A DNA stretch of 61,390 nt from an uncultured virus (IMG/VR IMGVR_UViG_3300050821_007029) (Duplodnaviria; Heunggongvirae; Uroviricota; Caudoviricetes), in the IMG/VR virus record IMGVR_UViG_3300050821_007029; one strand, given 5' to 3'. How positions within the stretch are numbered: the first letter of the stretch is position 1; every line of letters begins with the position of its first letter. The notes beneath the pieces were generated by a model, which saw nothing but the letters and a program-made list of their open reading frames with translations, had not been told where the DNA came from and did no database searches. A program made the position numbers and the translations under genes. Shown piece by piece: positions 16,875-28,099 of the stretch.

Positions 16875-19405
16875 GACAGTTCCGCGAGGCTGTAGCACAC
16901 GTTGCGGAGGTTCGCCTGATCAGCGCCGCTGCCCGTGCTGAACGCGTTGTCGAACCAGTAGTCCAGGCCGGCGGTGAGGTACAGGATGTCGTTCATGCCC
17001 CATTCGGTCTGGTTGCTGATCCCTGACCCGCGTGGCTGGTAGTCGGACGTGGGCCCGTAGCGGGTGCCGGTGACGGGGACACCGTTGGGCGGGACGGTGG
17101 TGACCGCTCCGCCAGTGGCGACGGTTCCGCTGGCGGAGCCGGACACGTAGGCGCAGCCGGTGAGCTGGTTTCCGCCGGCTACGCCGGTGTAGGTGACGAC
17201 GGCGGTGGTGGACCCCGACGCGGCCACGTACACAGTGCCGCTGGCGGGGAACCCGGCGGGCAGTGTGGAGACGTCGAGGACCCCAGCGGACGGTGACGAC
17301 CAGGACGCGATGGCGCTGATGGTGCCGCCGTTTGACCCGGCGGCGATGGTGAGATTCGCGGCGACACCGTAGTAGCCGCCGACGTCGACGAGCGTGACAT
17401 TGGTGGCGGTGTTCGATTCGCCGTTGACGATGATGAGACAGCGGCCGCTGCTGCCGGGGGTGTAGGTGACGGTGGACCCGAATCCGGCCATGACGTCGGT
17501 GGTGCTGATCGTCCCGGTGGGGTTGCCCGGGGTGAAACTCAGCGGCGCCGCGACGAGCTGGGCGGTGAGTTTGCCGGTGATGGCGAGGGCGCCGCTGATG
17601 ATCGCCGCGGCGGTGCCGTTGTGGCCGAGGGACCAGTCCTGGGTGGTTGGGCCGGGACCGAGGTGCAGGACACCGTCGGACGTCCATTTGACGCGGTCAC
17701 TGCTGTCGCCGGTGACTTTCATCCCGAACGCGCGTTCACCCGAGTTGGCGCTGATGATCAGGAACGGGTCAGCGGCGGGTGCCGCCGCGGGCGACAGGGT
17801 GAGGGACGCGGCGTGGAGAACCGCCAGATAGGGGGTGAGGGTGATCACGGGGCTCGTGGTGGGGCCGGTGGCGGTGACGACGGTGGTGCCCCATGAGATG
17901 CCGCCACCAGAGTTGTCGGTGACGGCGGTGACGTAGCCCTGGATGTAGGCGGAGTCGACGGTCATCTGGGAGCCGCCGTCGGCGAGGAGCCCGATCTGCG
18001 GTCCGGGGACGCTGGTGACGCCCCCGGATGTGGTGGATACGAGGCCGGTGCCGGTCAGCAGCGCGCACCCGGTGAAGTAGTGGTTGGTGGTGTCCAGCCC
18101 GGTGTAGCTGAGTGTCGCGAACCCGGTGCTGGTCGCGACACTCAGGTCACCGGAGGTGGCCTGCCCGGTGACGGCGGTGACGGCGAGTGACCCGGCGGCG
18201 GGGAACGACCATGAGGCGATGGTGGTGATGTCCTGGCCGGTGCTCGGCGACGCCGCGGTAGCGGTGGTGTCGTTGACGCCAGGCCAGATGGTGAGGCCAG
18301 CGATGGTGATCACACCACCGTAGTTAGCGTTGTAGAACCCGGCGTAGCCACCGCCGCCAGCGGAGCCGTTCGCCCCGTCGCGTTTGAAATGGCAGCCGAC
18401 GAACAGCAGCGGCACCGCGTGGGTGAAGCTGACGACGCTGTTGATGGTGCCGCCGGCCTGGAAACCATGCTGGGTGGACTGGTCGGTGCGGCACCCGACG
18501 AACATGGTGCCACCGGATGACGCGGCGTTGTTGGAGCACACGTAACCCCAGCCGAGGGTGCCGGAATGCTCGCTGCGGCAGCTTTCGAAGAGGCTGTTGC
18601 CGCAGGTGTTGATGAACCAGCCGATGGCGCCTGAGTTCGTTGACAGGCACCCCGACCATGTCGAGTCAGCCGAGCGGAGGCTGAATCCGATCCCGCCGCA
18701 GTAGCGGGAGAACACGCGGAAACAGGTCCAGGAGTCCGGCTGCGCGCCGCTGGCGACGTTGTGCTGCACCCCGTCGCCGGGCATCTGGCTGAACAGGACG
18801 TCGGTCATCCGCACCCGGCTGACCGATCCGTACGACGCCATACCGCACACCCCCGACGGCGCGACAGAGCCGTCGACCATGATGTGGGCGATTTTCTGTT
18901 CCTCCGACGCGGTGGAGTAGCCGCCCTGGCTTTCGGACAGCAACGCGAAAACCGCGTTCACCACACTGCTGACTGGTGCCGCCGAGCTCGTGAATCCGGC
19001 TTGCGGCTGGATGACGGCACCATAGTTAGCTTCGCTGACGGCGGTGGTCCGCACCGGCCCGGTCACCGCCGAATACGGTACGACAACCAGCGGCGCGGTG
19101 ATCTTGTACAGGCCGGGCTGCAGCTCGGCGCCACCGAGGTTGATCAGCGACTGGATGCTGGTGGTGTCGTCGGTGCCGTTCGCCATGTACCCGGTCAGTG
19201 TGCCGCCGGCGGTGACCGACGCGAGAAGCGCCTGGACGGTGGACACGTTCGCGGCGTCGGACGCGCCGAACGACCCGGCGGCGCCGGCGAGGAGCTGCCC
19301 GAGCAGCGACCCGTAGGCGTAGAAGCCGTTCAGGTCCGACGTCATCCCGGGGCTGGTGAACACGACTTTCGTCGCCGCTGGTATCGCTGGTGAAGCTCCG
19401 GCCAT
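16871..19405 (-). CDS. tailspike/tail fibre with a parallel beta-helix (pectin-lyase-like) domain
   Basis: NGTDDTTSIQ...LQPGLYKIT beta-helix cap, followed by repeated Cys/Asn/Gly-rich rungs; located in the tail module. Confidence 0.75.
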   Translation of the reverse strand: MAGASPAIPAATKVVFTSPGMTSDLNGFYAYGSLLGQLLAGAAGSFGASDAANVSTVQALLASVTAGGTLTGYMANGTDDTTSIQSLINLGGAELQPGLYKITAPLVVVPYSAVTGPVRTTAVSEANYGAVIQPQAGFTSSAAPVSSVVNAVFALLSESQGGYSTASEEQKIAHIMVDGSVAPSGVCGMASYGSVSRVRMTDVLFSQMPGDGVQHNVASGAQPDSWTCFRVFSRYCGGIGFSLRSADSTWSGCLSTNSGAIGWFINTCGNSLFESCRSEHSGTLGWGYVCSNNAASSGGTMFVGCRTDQSTQHGFQAGGTINSVVSFTHAVPLLFVGCHFKRDGANGSAGGGGYAGFYNANYGGVITIAGLTIWPGVNDTTATAASPSTGQDITTIASWSFPAAGSLAVTAVTGQATSGDLSVATSTGFATLSYTGLDTTNHYFTGCALLTGTGLVSTTSGGVTSVPGPQIGLLADGGSQMTVDSAYIQGYVTAVTDNSGGGISWGTTVVTATGPTTSPVITLTPYLAVLHAASLTLSPAAAPAADPFLIISANSGERAFGMKVTGDSSDRVKWTSDGVLHLGPGPTTQDWSLGHNGTAAAIISGALAITGKLTAQLVAAPLSFTPGNPTGTISTTDVMAGFGSTVTYTPGSSGRCLIIVNGESNTATNVTLVDVGGYYGVAANLTIAAGSNGGTISAIASWSSPSAGVLDVSTLPAGFPASGTVYVAASGSTTAVVTYTGVAGGNQLTGCAYVSGSASGTVATGGAVTTVPPNGVPVTGTRYGPTSDYQPRGSGISNQTEWGMNDILYLTAGLDYWFDNAFSTGSGADQANLRNVCYSLAELS

Positions 19406-19433
19406 CAGAGCACCCCGCCTTTCATGATGCGTG

Positions 19434-20405
19434 TCACGCGATCTGGACGGCTTCGAGGAACGACCCGGGGATCACCGACGTGCCGGTCGCCTGGGGGGAG
19501 TTCTGCGCCCACCGGAACACCAGGTAGGCGGGCGCCGCCCCGGTGGCGAGCTCACCGAGGATCCGCGCGCCCAGCCGGGTGCCGGTGCCCTGGGTCTGGC
19601 AGTTGACGACGTCGGACAGGCCGTTGGTGTAGGACCCGACCTCAGCGGTGGCGAGGTTGAGCCGGCCCGCGTTGTAGATGAACACCGACGACGCGCCACC
19701 CCGCCACGTGAACTGCAGGTCGCCCTCAGCGCCAGAGCCGGGGGCACCGCCGTTGTACACGATGTTGCCGGTGATCTTGTACTGGGCGTTGGGCTGCAGG
19801 CACAGCAACTGCAAGTCGGGGTCATCAGCGATCGTCACCGATGAGGTGATCGTCGTCGTCCCCGGCTTGTACACCGCCACCGGGTCGACCCGCTGCCGGT
19901 AGTCAGCGCAGTTCCCGTTGGTGACTGACACCTGCCCGGCGGCGATCGACACCGTTCCCAGGGTGATCGCTGAGGCTGGTTCGGCGGGCAGCCCGCCGCC
20001 GATGTCGGGGACGAGGACGGGGATGAAGTCGTAGGTGGACCAGGCGCCGTTCTCCGACTTGTTCCGCAGCTGCAAAACCACCCGGTGGGTGCGGGTGCCC
20101 GTCGCCGGCGCCGACGGGGTGGCGAGGTTGTACACGGCGTCGGACCACACCCAGTAGGCGCCGCCGCTGGTGATGTCGTCGTCGGTGATCCACGCCATCC
20201 CGGGCGCGACGTCGACGGAGAAGTTGGAGCCGCCGGCGTGGCCGCCGATGTGGAACGCCGCGGGCCCCCACACCCCCTCGGGGGTGCTGGCCAGCTGAGG
20301 CGCTGGGAGCAGCGACAGGAGCATGTTGCGGAACTCCTGCTCACTGCTGTAGATCGTCGGGTCACCCGTCTGCGGGGTGATCGCGATCGGCTGGTGCAGG
20401 GTCAT
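19434..20405 (-). CDS. minor tail protein
   Basis: FSVDVAPGMAWI, TRTHRVVLQ and ITLGTVSI..GQVSVTNGN motifs; follows the Dit gene. Confidence 0.75.
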   Translation of the reverse strand: MTLHQPIAITPQTGDPTIYSSEQEFRNMLLSLLPAPQLASTPEGVWGPAAFHIGGHAGGSNFSVDVAPGMAWITDDDITSGGAYWVWSDAVYNLATPSAPATGTRTHRVVLQLRNKSENGAWSTYDFIPVLVPDIGGGLPAEPASAITLGTVSIAAGQVSVTNGNCADYRQRVDPVAVYKPGTTTITSSVTIADDPDLQLLCLQPNAQYKITGNIVYNGGAPGSGAEGDLQFTWRGGASSVFIYNAGRLNLATAEVGSYTNGLSDVVNCQTQGTGTRLGARILGELATGAAPAYLVFRWAQNSPQATGTSVIPGSFLEAVQIA

Positions 20406-20418
20406 GCCGGGCTCCTGT

Positions 20419-21303
20419 TCACGCCATCCACCGTGGCCGGTAGGACAGTTCAGCGACCGCCCCAGGCGCGGCCGCGTCGGGGTAGTACCGCAGCTGGTTG
20501 GGGCCGGGCTGCATCATCCACCAGTCTGACGTGGCGAAATTCAGGGAACCCAGCACCGATGAGGCCGTGTCGCCGTTCAGCAGCGCCGTGTGCGCCTGGG
20601 AGTCCAGCGCGACGAACTCCCCCGCGGCCAGGACCAGGTCGTCGGTGAACTCCAGCGTCAGCCCCGCGGAGTCGTTAGCGAACTTGGGTCCCGTCGCGGG
20701 CCCGTACAGGCTCGCGGTCCAGGGGGCGGCCATGTTGCCGCCGGCGACGACGACGGGGGAACCGCTGATCGACGCCGCCGTCCACGCCAAACCGGACGCC
20801 ACCCACGCCAAACCCGCGGTGACCCAGTTCAGGCCCCCGGACGCGGGTATGTAGGCGGGGACCGCCGCCGAGTCCTGCGCGGCGCCTTCCCAGCATGAGT
20901 TGGGCGCCATGAACGAATACGCCACGTCCGTCGTCAGCGGATTGTCAACGATCTTCGTTTTGGAGTCGAACCTCACCACCAGCTGCCGGTCCTGCGGCCA
21001 CGCGTCGTTGGAGCAGATCAGGTAAGGGCGCAGCTGCGGCGCGCACAGCGCCCCCATCAGGTCCTCGAACGCCTCCGGCGCCATCGCCCCCGGCACCGCC
21101 GCCAAACGCAGCGACAGGGTCACCGCCGCCGCGGACAGCCACAGGGTCGAGTCGACCTGCCCGGCGCCGCCGACACGTTCCTCAGCGACCGCCCTGGCCT
21201 GCGGCGCGACCTGCAGCGACAGAACCGTCACCCCCGCCAGGCCCTGAATATCCTGCGACAGGCCCGAGACGGGGTCCATGAGAGACACGGCGGTGAACGC
21301 CAT
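20419..21303 (-). CDS. distal tail protein (Dit)-like
   Basis: Directly after the tape measure gene. GPATGP...LAAGEFVALDS...WWMMQPGPNQLRY pattern. Confidence 0.8.
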   Translation of the reverse strand: MAFTAVSLMDPVSGLSQDIQGLAGVTVLSLQVAPQARAVAEERVGGAGQVDSTLWLSAAAVTLSLRLAAVPGAMAPEAFEDLMGALCAPQLRPYLICSNDAWPQDRQLVVRFDSKTKIVDNPLTTDVAYSFMAPNSCWEGAAQDSAAVPAYIPASGGLNWVTAGLAWVASGLAWTAASISGSPVVVAGGNMAAPWTASLYGPATGPKFANDSAGLTLEFTDDLVLAAGEFVALDSQAHTALLNGDTASSVLGSLNFATSDWWMMQPGPNQLRYYPDAAAPGAVAELSYRPRWMA

Positions 21304-24300
21304 CTAGGACCCCAATCCGGAGGAGACGACCGCGAAACTCAGCTTCTGCGCCAGCAGAGCCGCGTCGGTGGGGGTCGCGAACGTGGCGTTCTCAATGTTG
21401 ATCAGCGCCCCGTTCCGCGCCCCGCCGCCAGGCGCGGCGCTGATCAGCTCGGGCCCGTTCTCCGCGAACGTGTACATGGTGTTCGTCCACGCCCCGAACC
21501 CTGTCACCGGTTCCCGCAGCAAACCACCATGGGCGAAGCCGTGGCGTTTGCCGCGCGGCACCCCGAACCACCGGACGGCTTCCTGCCCCAGGACCTTCCC
21601 GAGGTCGCGGAACAGGCGTTCCAGGCCGGACCGCTGCTTGCGGAGCCCGTCGAGGAACCCTTTGCCGGTGTCGTACTTCCCCGTGGTGATCGCGGAGCCG
21701 GCGCCGCGCCCGATCTGGCGTTCCGTCTCGGTGATCGCCCATTCGGTGGACCGCAGCGACTTCATCAGCCCCGACCCGCCGGACAGGATCTCCTGCGCGA
21801 ACGGGATCCCCCCGTCGGGGCCGAGCGCGATGATCTGCTGGAGCAGCACCTTCGGCACACGCGCCTTCACCAAGCGGCCGAGCAGCGAACTGAACTGGCG
21901 GAGACTGGACAGTTTCTGCTTCAGCTGAGCCTCGAGCATCCCGCCGCCCGACAGTTGCCTGACACCGCCGCCGGTGTTCCCTGAGAACCCGCCGCCGACG
22001 GTCAGCCCCGACACGTCCGCGTAGGAACTCAAACCCGAGGTGACACTCGACGCGTAAGACTTCGCCGCGCTGATCTTCGCGTTGACCTGTTTCAGGGACT
22101 GCGCGGCGTCCATCATCGCCTCCGACTGGCGCCGCACCAGCCGGTCCCGCCACTCCCGCTGCGCCCCCGTGTAGTCACGGGCGATCAGGCGCAGGAACCG
22201 TGTCCCATCAGCCTGCGCCTGCGCCGCGTCTTTCGCCGCGCGGAGCAACCCCAGGAACGTCTCCACCAGGCTGACCGTCCCCGACGCGTACCCGCGGCCG
22301 CCCATCCCCGCCGCCATCTTCGACGTCTCATGGTCGAGGACATGCTCACCGCCGTGGAACCGGACGAGTTCGGGGCCTTTCTCACCAACCCAACCCCAGC
22401 CCCGTTTCGCGCCGCGGGTGCCGCCGCTGTACCACCCGTACGAACTCTCGTGACCCATCGCGCCGATCGGGTCGCCGTAACGCTGCGCGATATAGCCCGC
22501 ACCCCAGCTGATCTGCGGTCCCGCGTGGGAGCCGCCGCCCTGCTGCGCCGCGAACGGCATCTTGGTGGGGGGAAGCGCCTGGGGGAGGCCGTATGCCCCC
22601 GAGGAGGGGTTGCGCGCGTACCGCGACCATCCCGACTCGCGGGTCCACAGAGCGTCCCACGCGGCCCATTCGGGCCCGGTGCCCCACTGAGGGTACATCC
22701 GCTGGGCGAGGGCCTGGTTGGCGGCCGCGTCACCCCCGACCGCCCCTGACCCGATCGCTGACATCGCCGCGGCTTTCACGGCCGCTGAGACGGCGGCTTT
22801 GAGGGCGTTCTCGGCGGTGTCGAGGGTCTGGTTGTAGTGGCTCACCTCAGCCTGCCCCGACGCGACCGCCTGATTCCCCGTCTCCACGAATCCCCCCGTC
22901 GCGAAGCCGGGGACACCGTGGGCTTTCATCAGCGGCGCGACCAGGTGTGTCAGGTGTTTCGGGACAACCGTCTCACCGCCTTCGAGCAGCGCGGGCCACT
23001 TGTCGCCGCCGCCGTAACCAGGTACCCGCCACCCCGCGGCGCCCTGGTGGTGCAGCGCCGCTGATGGCCCGGTGGGGCCGCCGCCGTAGACGTTGTCCCG
23101 GTGGATCGCCCAGCCGCCCTCAGCGTTGAGGACCATCTTGACGGCGACTTTCGTGGGGATCCCCAGGATCTTCGTGATCATCGCGGCGATCTTCGGAACC
23201 GAGTCCTTCGCGGCCTGCCCGGCGTTGACGAGGTCGGTTATGAGCCGCTGCCGCGCGGTGTGCGCCGCGTCGGACTGAGCGCCCTGCGTCGCGACGGCCT
23301 TCCCGTACGCCGCCACCGCCGAAGCGACGCCGCTGTATTTCAGGATGGCGTTGTTCAGGTCACCGAGGAGCTGCGTGGCGATCTGCTGCCCCTGCCCGTT
23401 CATCGCCGACGACAGCAGGGCGACTTGCTGCGTCGCCTGATCAGAGACGTTCTTAACGGTTTTCAGCGCGTCACCGGTTTTGCCCAGCCACGTGGTGAGG
23501 GACTTCATGTTCGCGGGCCCGTTGTAGCCGGCTTCTTGCGCGAGGGCGGTCAGCTGATCAAGGGCTTCCTGGGAGCCGGAGGCGTATTTCAGCAGCGGCG
23601 CGATGCTCGCTTTCACGCCCTTGGTGAACAGGTCGTTGGACACCCCGGCGGTGCGCCACGTGTCGAACATCGCTGAGGTGGCGGTGACCTGCTGCGCGAA
23701 CGCGGCGTTCAGCTGCAGCGACGCCTTGTTGAGGCCGTCCATGGTGGCGTGGGCGAGTTTCCCCGCCCCCGACAGGCCCGCGAGGTGGGTGGTGAACGAC
23801 GCTCCGCCACCGCCGGCTTTGACGAAGTTCTGCCCCAATGTCTGGATGCCCTGCGCGAATGTGTCGAACCCGGTCTGCGGCGCGGTGACCTGCCCGATCC
23901 AGGTGTCCAGCGCCGAGTTCAGGGACTGCATGTTGGTGTAGGCGTCGGTGCTCTGGCGGTTGAGGATCTGCAGGTCGTTGCCCAGTGTGCCGCCGGTGGC
24001 GCCCATGGCCTTGTACGCGATGTAGGTCGAGTGAACCTGCGCCTGGATGACAGCCCACTCGGCGGTGCTGCTGTTGAGCATCTGCGACGTGGTGATGCCG
24101 GCCTGGTTGAGGAGGGTTTCCGCGTTGGCGGTGCCCTTGTACGTGTCGCCGAGCCGGGAGACGCGGGACTGGACGAGTCCGTAACTGGCGGCGAGGGCGC
24201 TGTTCTGCTGCTGCGCCTGTGACGGCGCGTCGAACCCGAAGACATGCTCGGCGCCTGAGACGACACCAAACAGGGGGTTGAGGTTCTGCACCCCGGGCGC

Positions 24301-26210
24301 CGGCACCGGCGGCGGGGTGAGCCACGACTTCAGCCCCGCCGCGGTCGTCAGGTTCGACAGCATCCCGCCGGACAGGCCACCGGCGATGCTGTTGACCGTC
24401 AGAGACAGGTTCACCATGTCGCCGTTGACCGTTTTCACCGCGGCGGCGTACTCCCCCAGGCCGGCGATCTGCGCCTGGCTGATGGTGGGCAGCAGCTTGC
24501 CCAGGGGCGCGTTCTGGATGAGCTGCTGCTCCGCTGAGTAGAACCCCCCCACCCGGTCCGTCAGTTTCCCCAGCGCGTACCCGAGGGCGCCGACGGCGAC
24601 AGCGGCGCCGGCGACCCACAGGAACGGCACCCCCCCAGCGGGGATCATGCTCATGACGGTGTTCCAGAACCCCACCGACCGGGCGGCCATCACGAACTGG
24701 GTCCCCATGTAGAGGGCTTTGCCGCCGAGACCCGCCATCGATGTCCCGAAGGCGAGGAGTTTCGGCCCCAGCCACGCGACCGCGGACACGGCGAGACCGA
24801 TGTAGAGGAACGCGCCGTGGAACGCCAGGCCCCAGTGCAGCACGGGAACGGTCGCGTCAGCGACGACCGCCGCGACCCTCGTCAAACCGTCGAACAGGTT
24901 CAGCAGCACCCCGGCGTAACCGGGAACCGCCTGGATGAACGCGCCGATGACGCGGCCCAGGTTGCCGAGGGTGTCGCCGATTTCCCCCACGAACTGGGGG
25001 CCGTCGTGGAGCATCTTCGTGAAGGTGCCACCGGACTGGGTGGCGACGGTGAACCGGGCGGCCAGCTGGTCCAGGACGGTGCCGGTGGCGTGGGCGAGGG
25101 TGGAGAACACCCCCGTCTTCTGGCTCATGATCGTCAGGGCGTCGCCGAAAATCTGGTACACCTGCGGCTTCACCGCGTCCTGCAGCTTCTGGAACGGCCC
25201 CACCGCCCCCGTGACGGCGCCGTTCATGAACGCGATCCGGCCACCCGTCGCCTGGGTGACGACGTTCATGTTCTGCAGCTGTTTCGTCAGGTCCGCGACC
25301 ACGGGCGCGGCGCCGACACCGAACGCCGCCACGGCGATCGACGCCGGGACGATCACGGCGAGGAACTCCGCGACCGCGTCGATCGCGACATGCCAGGCGG
25401 CGACCCCGCCGAGCAGCGTGCTGGGGCCGCCGAGGAGACCGCCGAACAGGGGCACGCGGGTGTTGTTGAAGAACAGGCCCAGCACACCCCAGAACCCGCG
25501 GAACCGCATCCCAGCGCCACCCGCGGCCGCGCCGGCGGCGTTGGTGGCGGCTGTCACCCGCGCCAGCGACGACACCAGCGCCGCCGACCCGACACCGCCG
25601 ACGTTCACCGGCACCGTGATGGGGTTCGCGGCGAAAAACGCCCGCATCGCCACCACGACCCGCATCATCGACGCGTTCGACACCGAGAACTGCAGCGGGA
25701 TCGTGATGGGGTTCGACCGGAACGCCGCCCGCGCCGCGACGATAGCGCGCATCACCGCCGCGGTGGACGAGCTGAACTGCACCGGCACCGTGATCGGGTT
25801 CGCCGCGAACACCGCCCGCGCTGCCGTGACAGCCCGCATCACCGCCGCGGCCGACGTATCCACGGCCAGCTTCACCGTCACCGGCGTGGCCTTCGCCATC
25901 GCCCGGACTTTCGCGACAGCCGCCGCGAACTGGGCGGCGAGTTTGGAGTCGTCGATGAGGACTGGGATCTCAACACCCTTGGCGCCGAGCGCCGCCGCGG
26001 TGGCCGCTGACTTAGCGAGATCGTTAAGCGCGTCCGACGCCTTGTCCGCCGCCGCCGACGTCGCGGCGAGAGACTCGTCCATCTTCGCCGCCGTCTCATC
26101 AACGGCCTTCAGCGTGACATCAAGCTTCGCCGCGGAATCAGCGACATCATTGAAAACCCTTGACGCCCGGCTAAATTAATGGCGTTAATCACAAAATTGA
26201 TGGTCGCCAT
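21304..26210 (-). CDS. tape measure protein with a lytic transglycosylase (SLT) domain; apparent frameshift near 26175
   Basis: Ala/Gly-rich ORF of 1592 aa (21304..26082); SLT motifs RESGW...SSGAYGLPQAL...YIAQRYG. The RBS-led ATG at 26210 is out of frame with the main ORF. Confidence 0.9.
25600..25860 (-). repeat. three ~26-aa (78-bp) tandem repeats in the tape measure N-terminus
   Basis: AAVMRAVTAARAVFAANPITVPVQFS / AAVMRAIVAARAAFRSNPITIPLQFS / ASMMRVVVAMRAFFAANPITVPV. Coordinates approximate. Confidence 0.8.
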
Positions 26211-26362
26211 TTGCTGATCACCCCCGATCCGGGGGATGCGAGCGGCAGTGCGTGGCCCGCCCGGTTACGGTGCTGGAACACCGCCGGGGCCGTCGCATGC
26301 CTTTGATCCTAGAGCGCCACCCTGGTCACACCACTGTTCCCACGTCACACACGCCGCGTGGC

Positions 26363-26925
26363 CTACAGGCCACCCAGCAGCCGCTCCGGGTCAGCGCCAC
26401 GCCGGTTCTTCCGGCTCGTCCGTTCGTCCTCAACCTGGTAGTACGCCCGCCACCGGGTCAGCTCACGGCTGTCACATTCGGCGAGGAGCCGTTCGACGGT
26501 GCATCCGAGGTCGAAGGCGAGGCGGTAGGTGAACCACCGCCATCCCCTTCCCCCATCTCCGCCTGGGCCTCCTCATCGTCCTCATCCCGCAAACCCGACA
26601 GCCGCCGCGCCACCCCCGCGATGACCTCCAGAGCGGCGCCGGACTTCTCCCCAAGCGCGTTCGCGTCGGTGTCCTTGAACACGCGGGTGCCATCGGCGTT
26701 GACGACGCAGCGGACCACCAGCTTCGCCGTCAGATTCGCCAGGTTCGGGACGAGTTTCTTGCCCCGCTGCTCAGCCATCGACGCTTCATAGTCGTTGCGT
26801 TCCCGCCCCGACAGGCCCCGCACCGTCACCGAGCCGCCCCACTGCGGCACGAACACGGTCTCGGTCTCGACATCCTCGGCGGCGAGGATCGCGTCGCGCC
26901 CCAGCAGGACCGGCGGTTCCGTCAT
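26363..26925 (-). CDS. tail assembly chaperone G (26458..26925) and -1 frameshift product GT (ending at 26363)
   Basis: LGRDAILAAED...VPQWGGSVTVRGLSGRER. Slippery GGGGGAA at 26548-26554; the -1 frame reads WRWFTYRLAFDLGCTVERLLAECDSRELTRWRAYY. Confidence 0.88.
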
Positions 26926-27110
26926 CGCGTGTCTCCTTCGATGATCATCAGGTGGCCGTAGCGGTACCTCGCGGCGAACTCACGGGCCTTCGACCGGTAC
27001 GCGGCCGCCTCCGGCTCCGTCGCCCCAGGATCAGCGGCTTTCGCGGCCAGACGGCGGATCTTCACCGCCCTGAGTATGTCATCACGAGTCAGCGTGGCCA
27101 CACACGCCAC
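26922..27110 (-). CDS. small DUF2786-like protein
   Basis: KIRRLAAKA.DPGATEPEAAAYRSKARE. Confidence 0.55.
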   Translation of the reverse strand: MACVATLTRDDILRAVKIRRLAAKAADPGATEPEAAAYRSKAREFAARYRYGHLMIIEGDTR

Positions 27111-27119
27111 GTTAGCCGC

Positions 27120-27755
27120 TCAGCGATGACGCCAGGACTGAAGATTGACGATCTTGCAGATCGCCGACCGGCTGGTCTCGAACTCCGCCGCCAGCCGACT
27201 CTGCTGCACGCCACGAGAGTGACGCGCCCTGATCTCATCCACCTGATCCCAGGTCAACGTGGCCTTATAGTGTCGAGCCCCGTTATTGTCCGTCCCGTCC
27301 CGGCGTCTATCCTCGCCCACGTTCTTGGATTGCGTCCCGTATTCAAGATTCTCGGGCCAGCGGTTGTCATGTCTTCCACCCTCGCCATGAAGCGAGACCA
27401 GTCCCCTTGGCCTCGGGCCAGCGAAGGCGCGGAGCACCAGCCGGTGAACGCACTGGCGGTTCCGCACACCATCGCGCCAGAGCGACACACGCAGATACCC
27501 GTGGTCGTCTTCGTACGGTGTGACCTCTCCGCCCAGTCCGCGCATGCCCACGTGGGTGCGGCGCGGGATGCTGCGAACATTGCCCAGGTCGCTTACCTCG
27601 TAAAGGCCCTCATAGCTATGGACGGGCAGCCAGCGCTCTACCCGCTGAGACGGTCGGCGATCTGCCGCTCGGCCCGGCTCATCGCCAGCCTCGACGCGGG
27701 TCCGTACCACGCCACCGCCTCGTAAAAATACGGCCAGCTCGGCTGCGTCACCCAT
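27120..27755 (-). CDS. NUMOD4-HNH homing endonuclease (true start uncertain, homology begins near 27641)
   Basis: ERWLPVHSYEGLYEVSDLGNVRS (NUMOD4), VHRLVLRAF...H.EG.RHDN..ENLEYGTQSKN (HNH), C-terminal HTH. Confidence 0.85.
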   Translation of the reverse strand: MGDAAELAVFLRGGGVVRTRVEAGDEPGRAADRRPSQRVERWLPVHSYEGLYEVSDLGNVRSIPRRTHVGMRGLGGEVTPYEDDHGYLRVSLWRDGVRNRQCVHRLVLRAFAGPRPRGLVSLHGEGGRHDNRWPENLEYGTQSKNVGEDRRRDGTDNNGARHYKATLTWDQVDEIRARHSRGVQQSRLAAEFETSRSAICKIVNLQSWRHR

Positions 27756-28090
27756 GTTTCCATTCTACCGAACAGTGGATGCCGCCACACCTTGGTCCCG
27801 TTGAGCATCAGGGGCAGTGACTTCTCGCCGTCGGGCATCCGCGCTGAGTTGACTTCCACGCCGACGGAGACGACGGGGCCGTCGATGGTCGCCCAGGTCT
27901 GCACGCAGCGGGCGATGCGGAGCCGCAGCCCGGTGTGCTTGGGGCCGCGGGCGGGGGTGTTGAGGATCGCGGCGCGGACATAAGGGGCCAGGGGCCGCGC
28001 TGATGTCGCGAGCTCGGCGCGGGTGATCTGGGTGACCCCGCCATCGGCCATCGCGCGGAACTGGGCGGCGACAGCCCGCAGCGTGGCCAT
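27638..28090 (-). CDS. HK97 gp10-like neck/tail completion protein
   Basis: Basic protein with WRHPLFG...WVTQ...PYF, adjacent to the tail tube gene. Confidence 0.65.
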   Translation of the reverse strand: MATLRAVAAQFRAMADGGVTQITRAELATSARPLAPYVRAAILNTPARGPKHTGLRLRIARCVQTWATIDGPVVSVGVEVNSARMPDGEKSLPLMLNGTKVWRHPLFGRMETWVTQPSWPYFYEAVAWYGPASRLAMSRAERQIADRLSG

Positions 28091-28099
28091 ATCAGTGGC

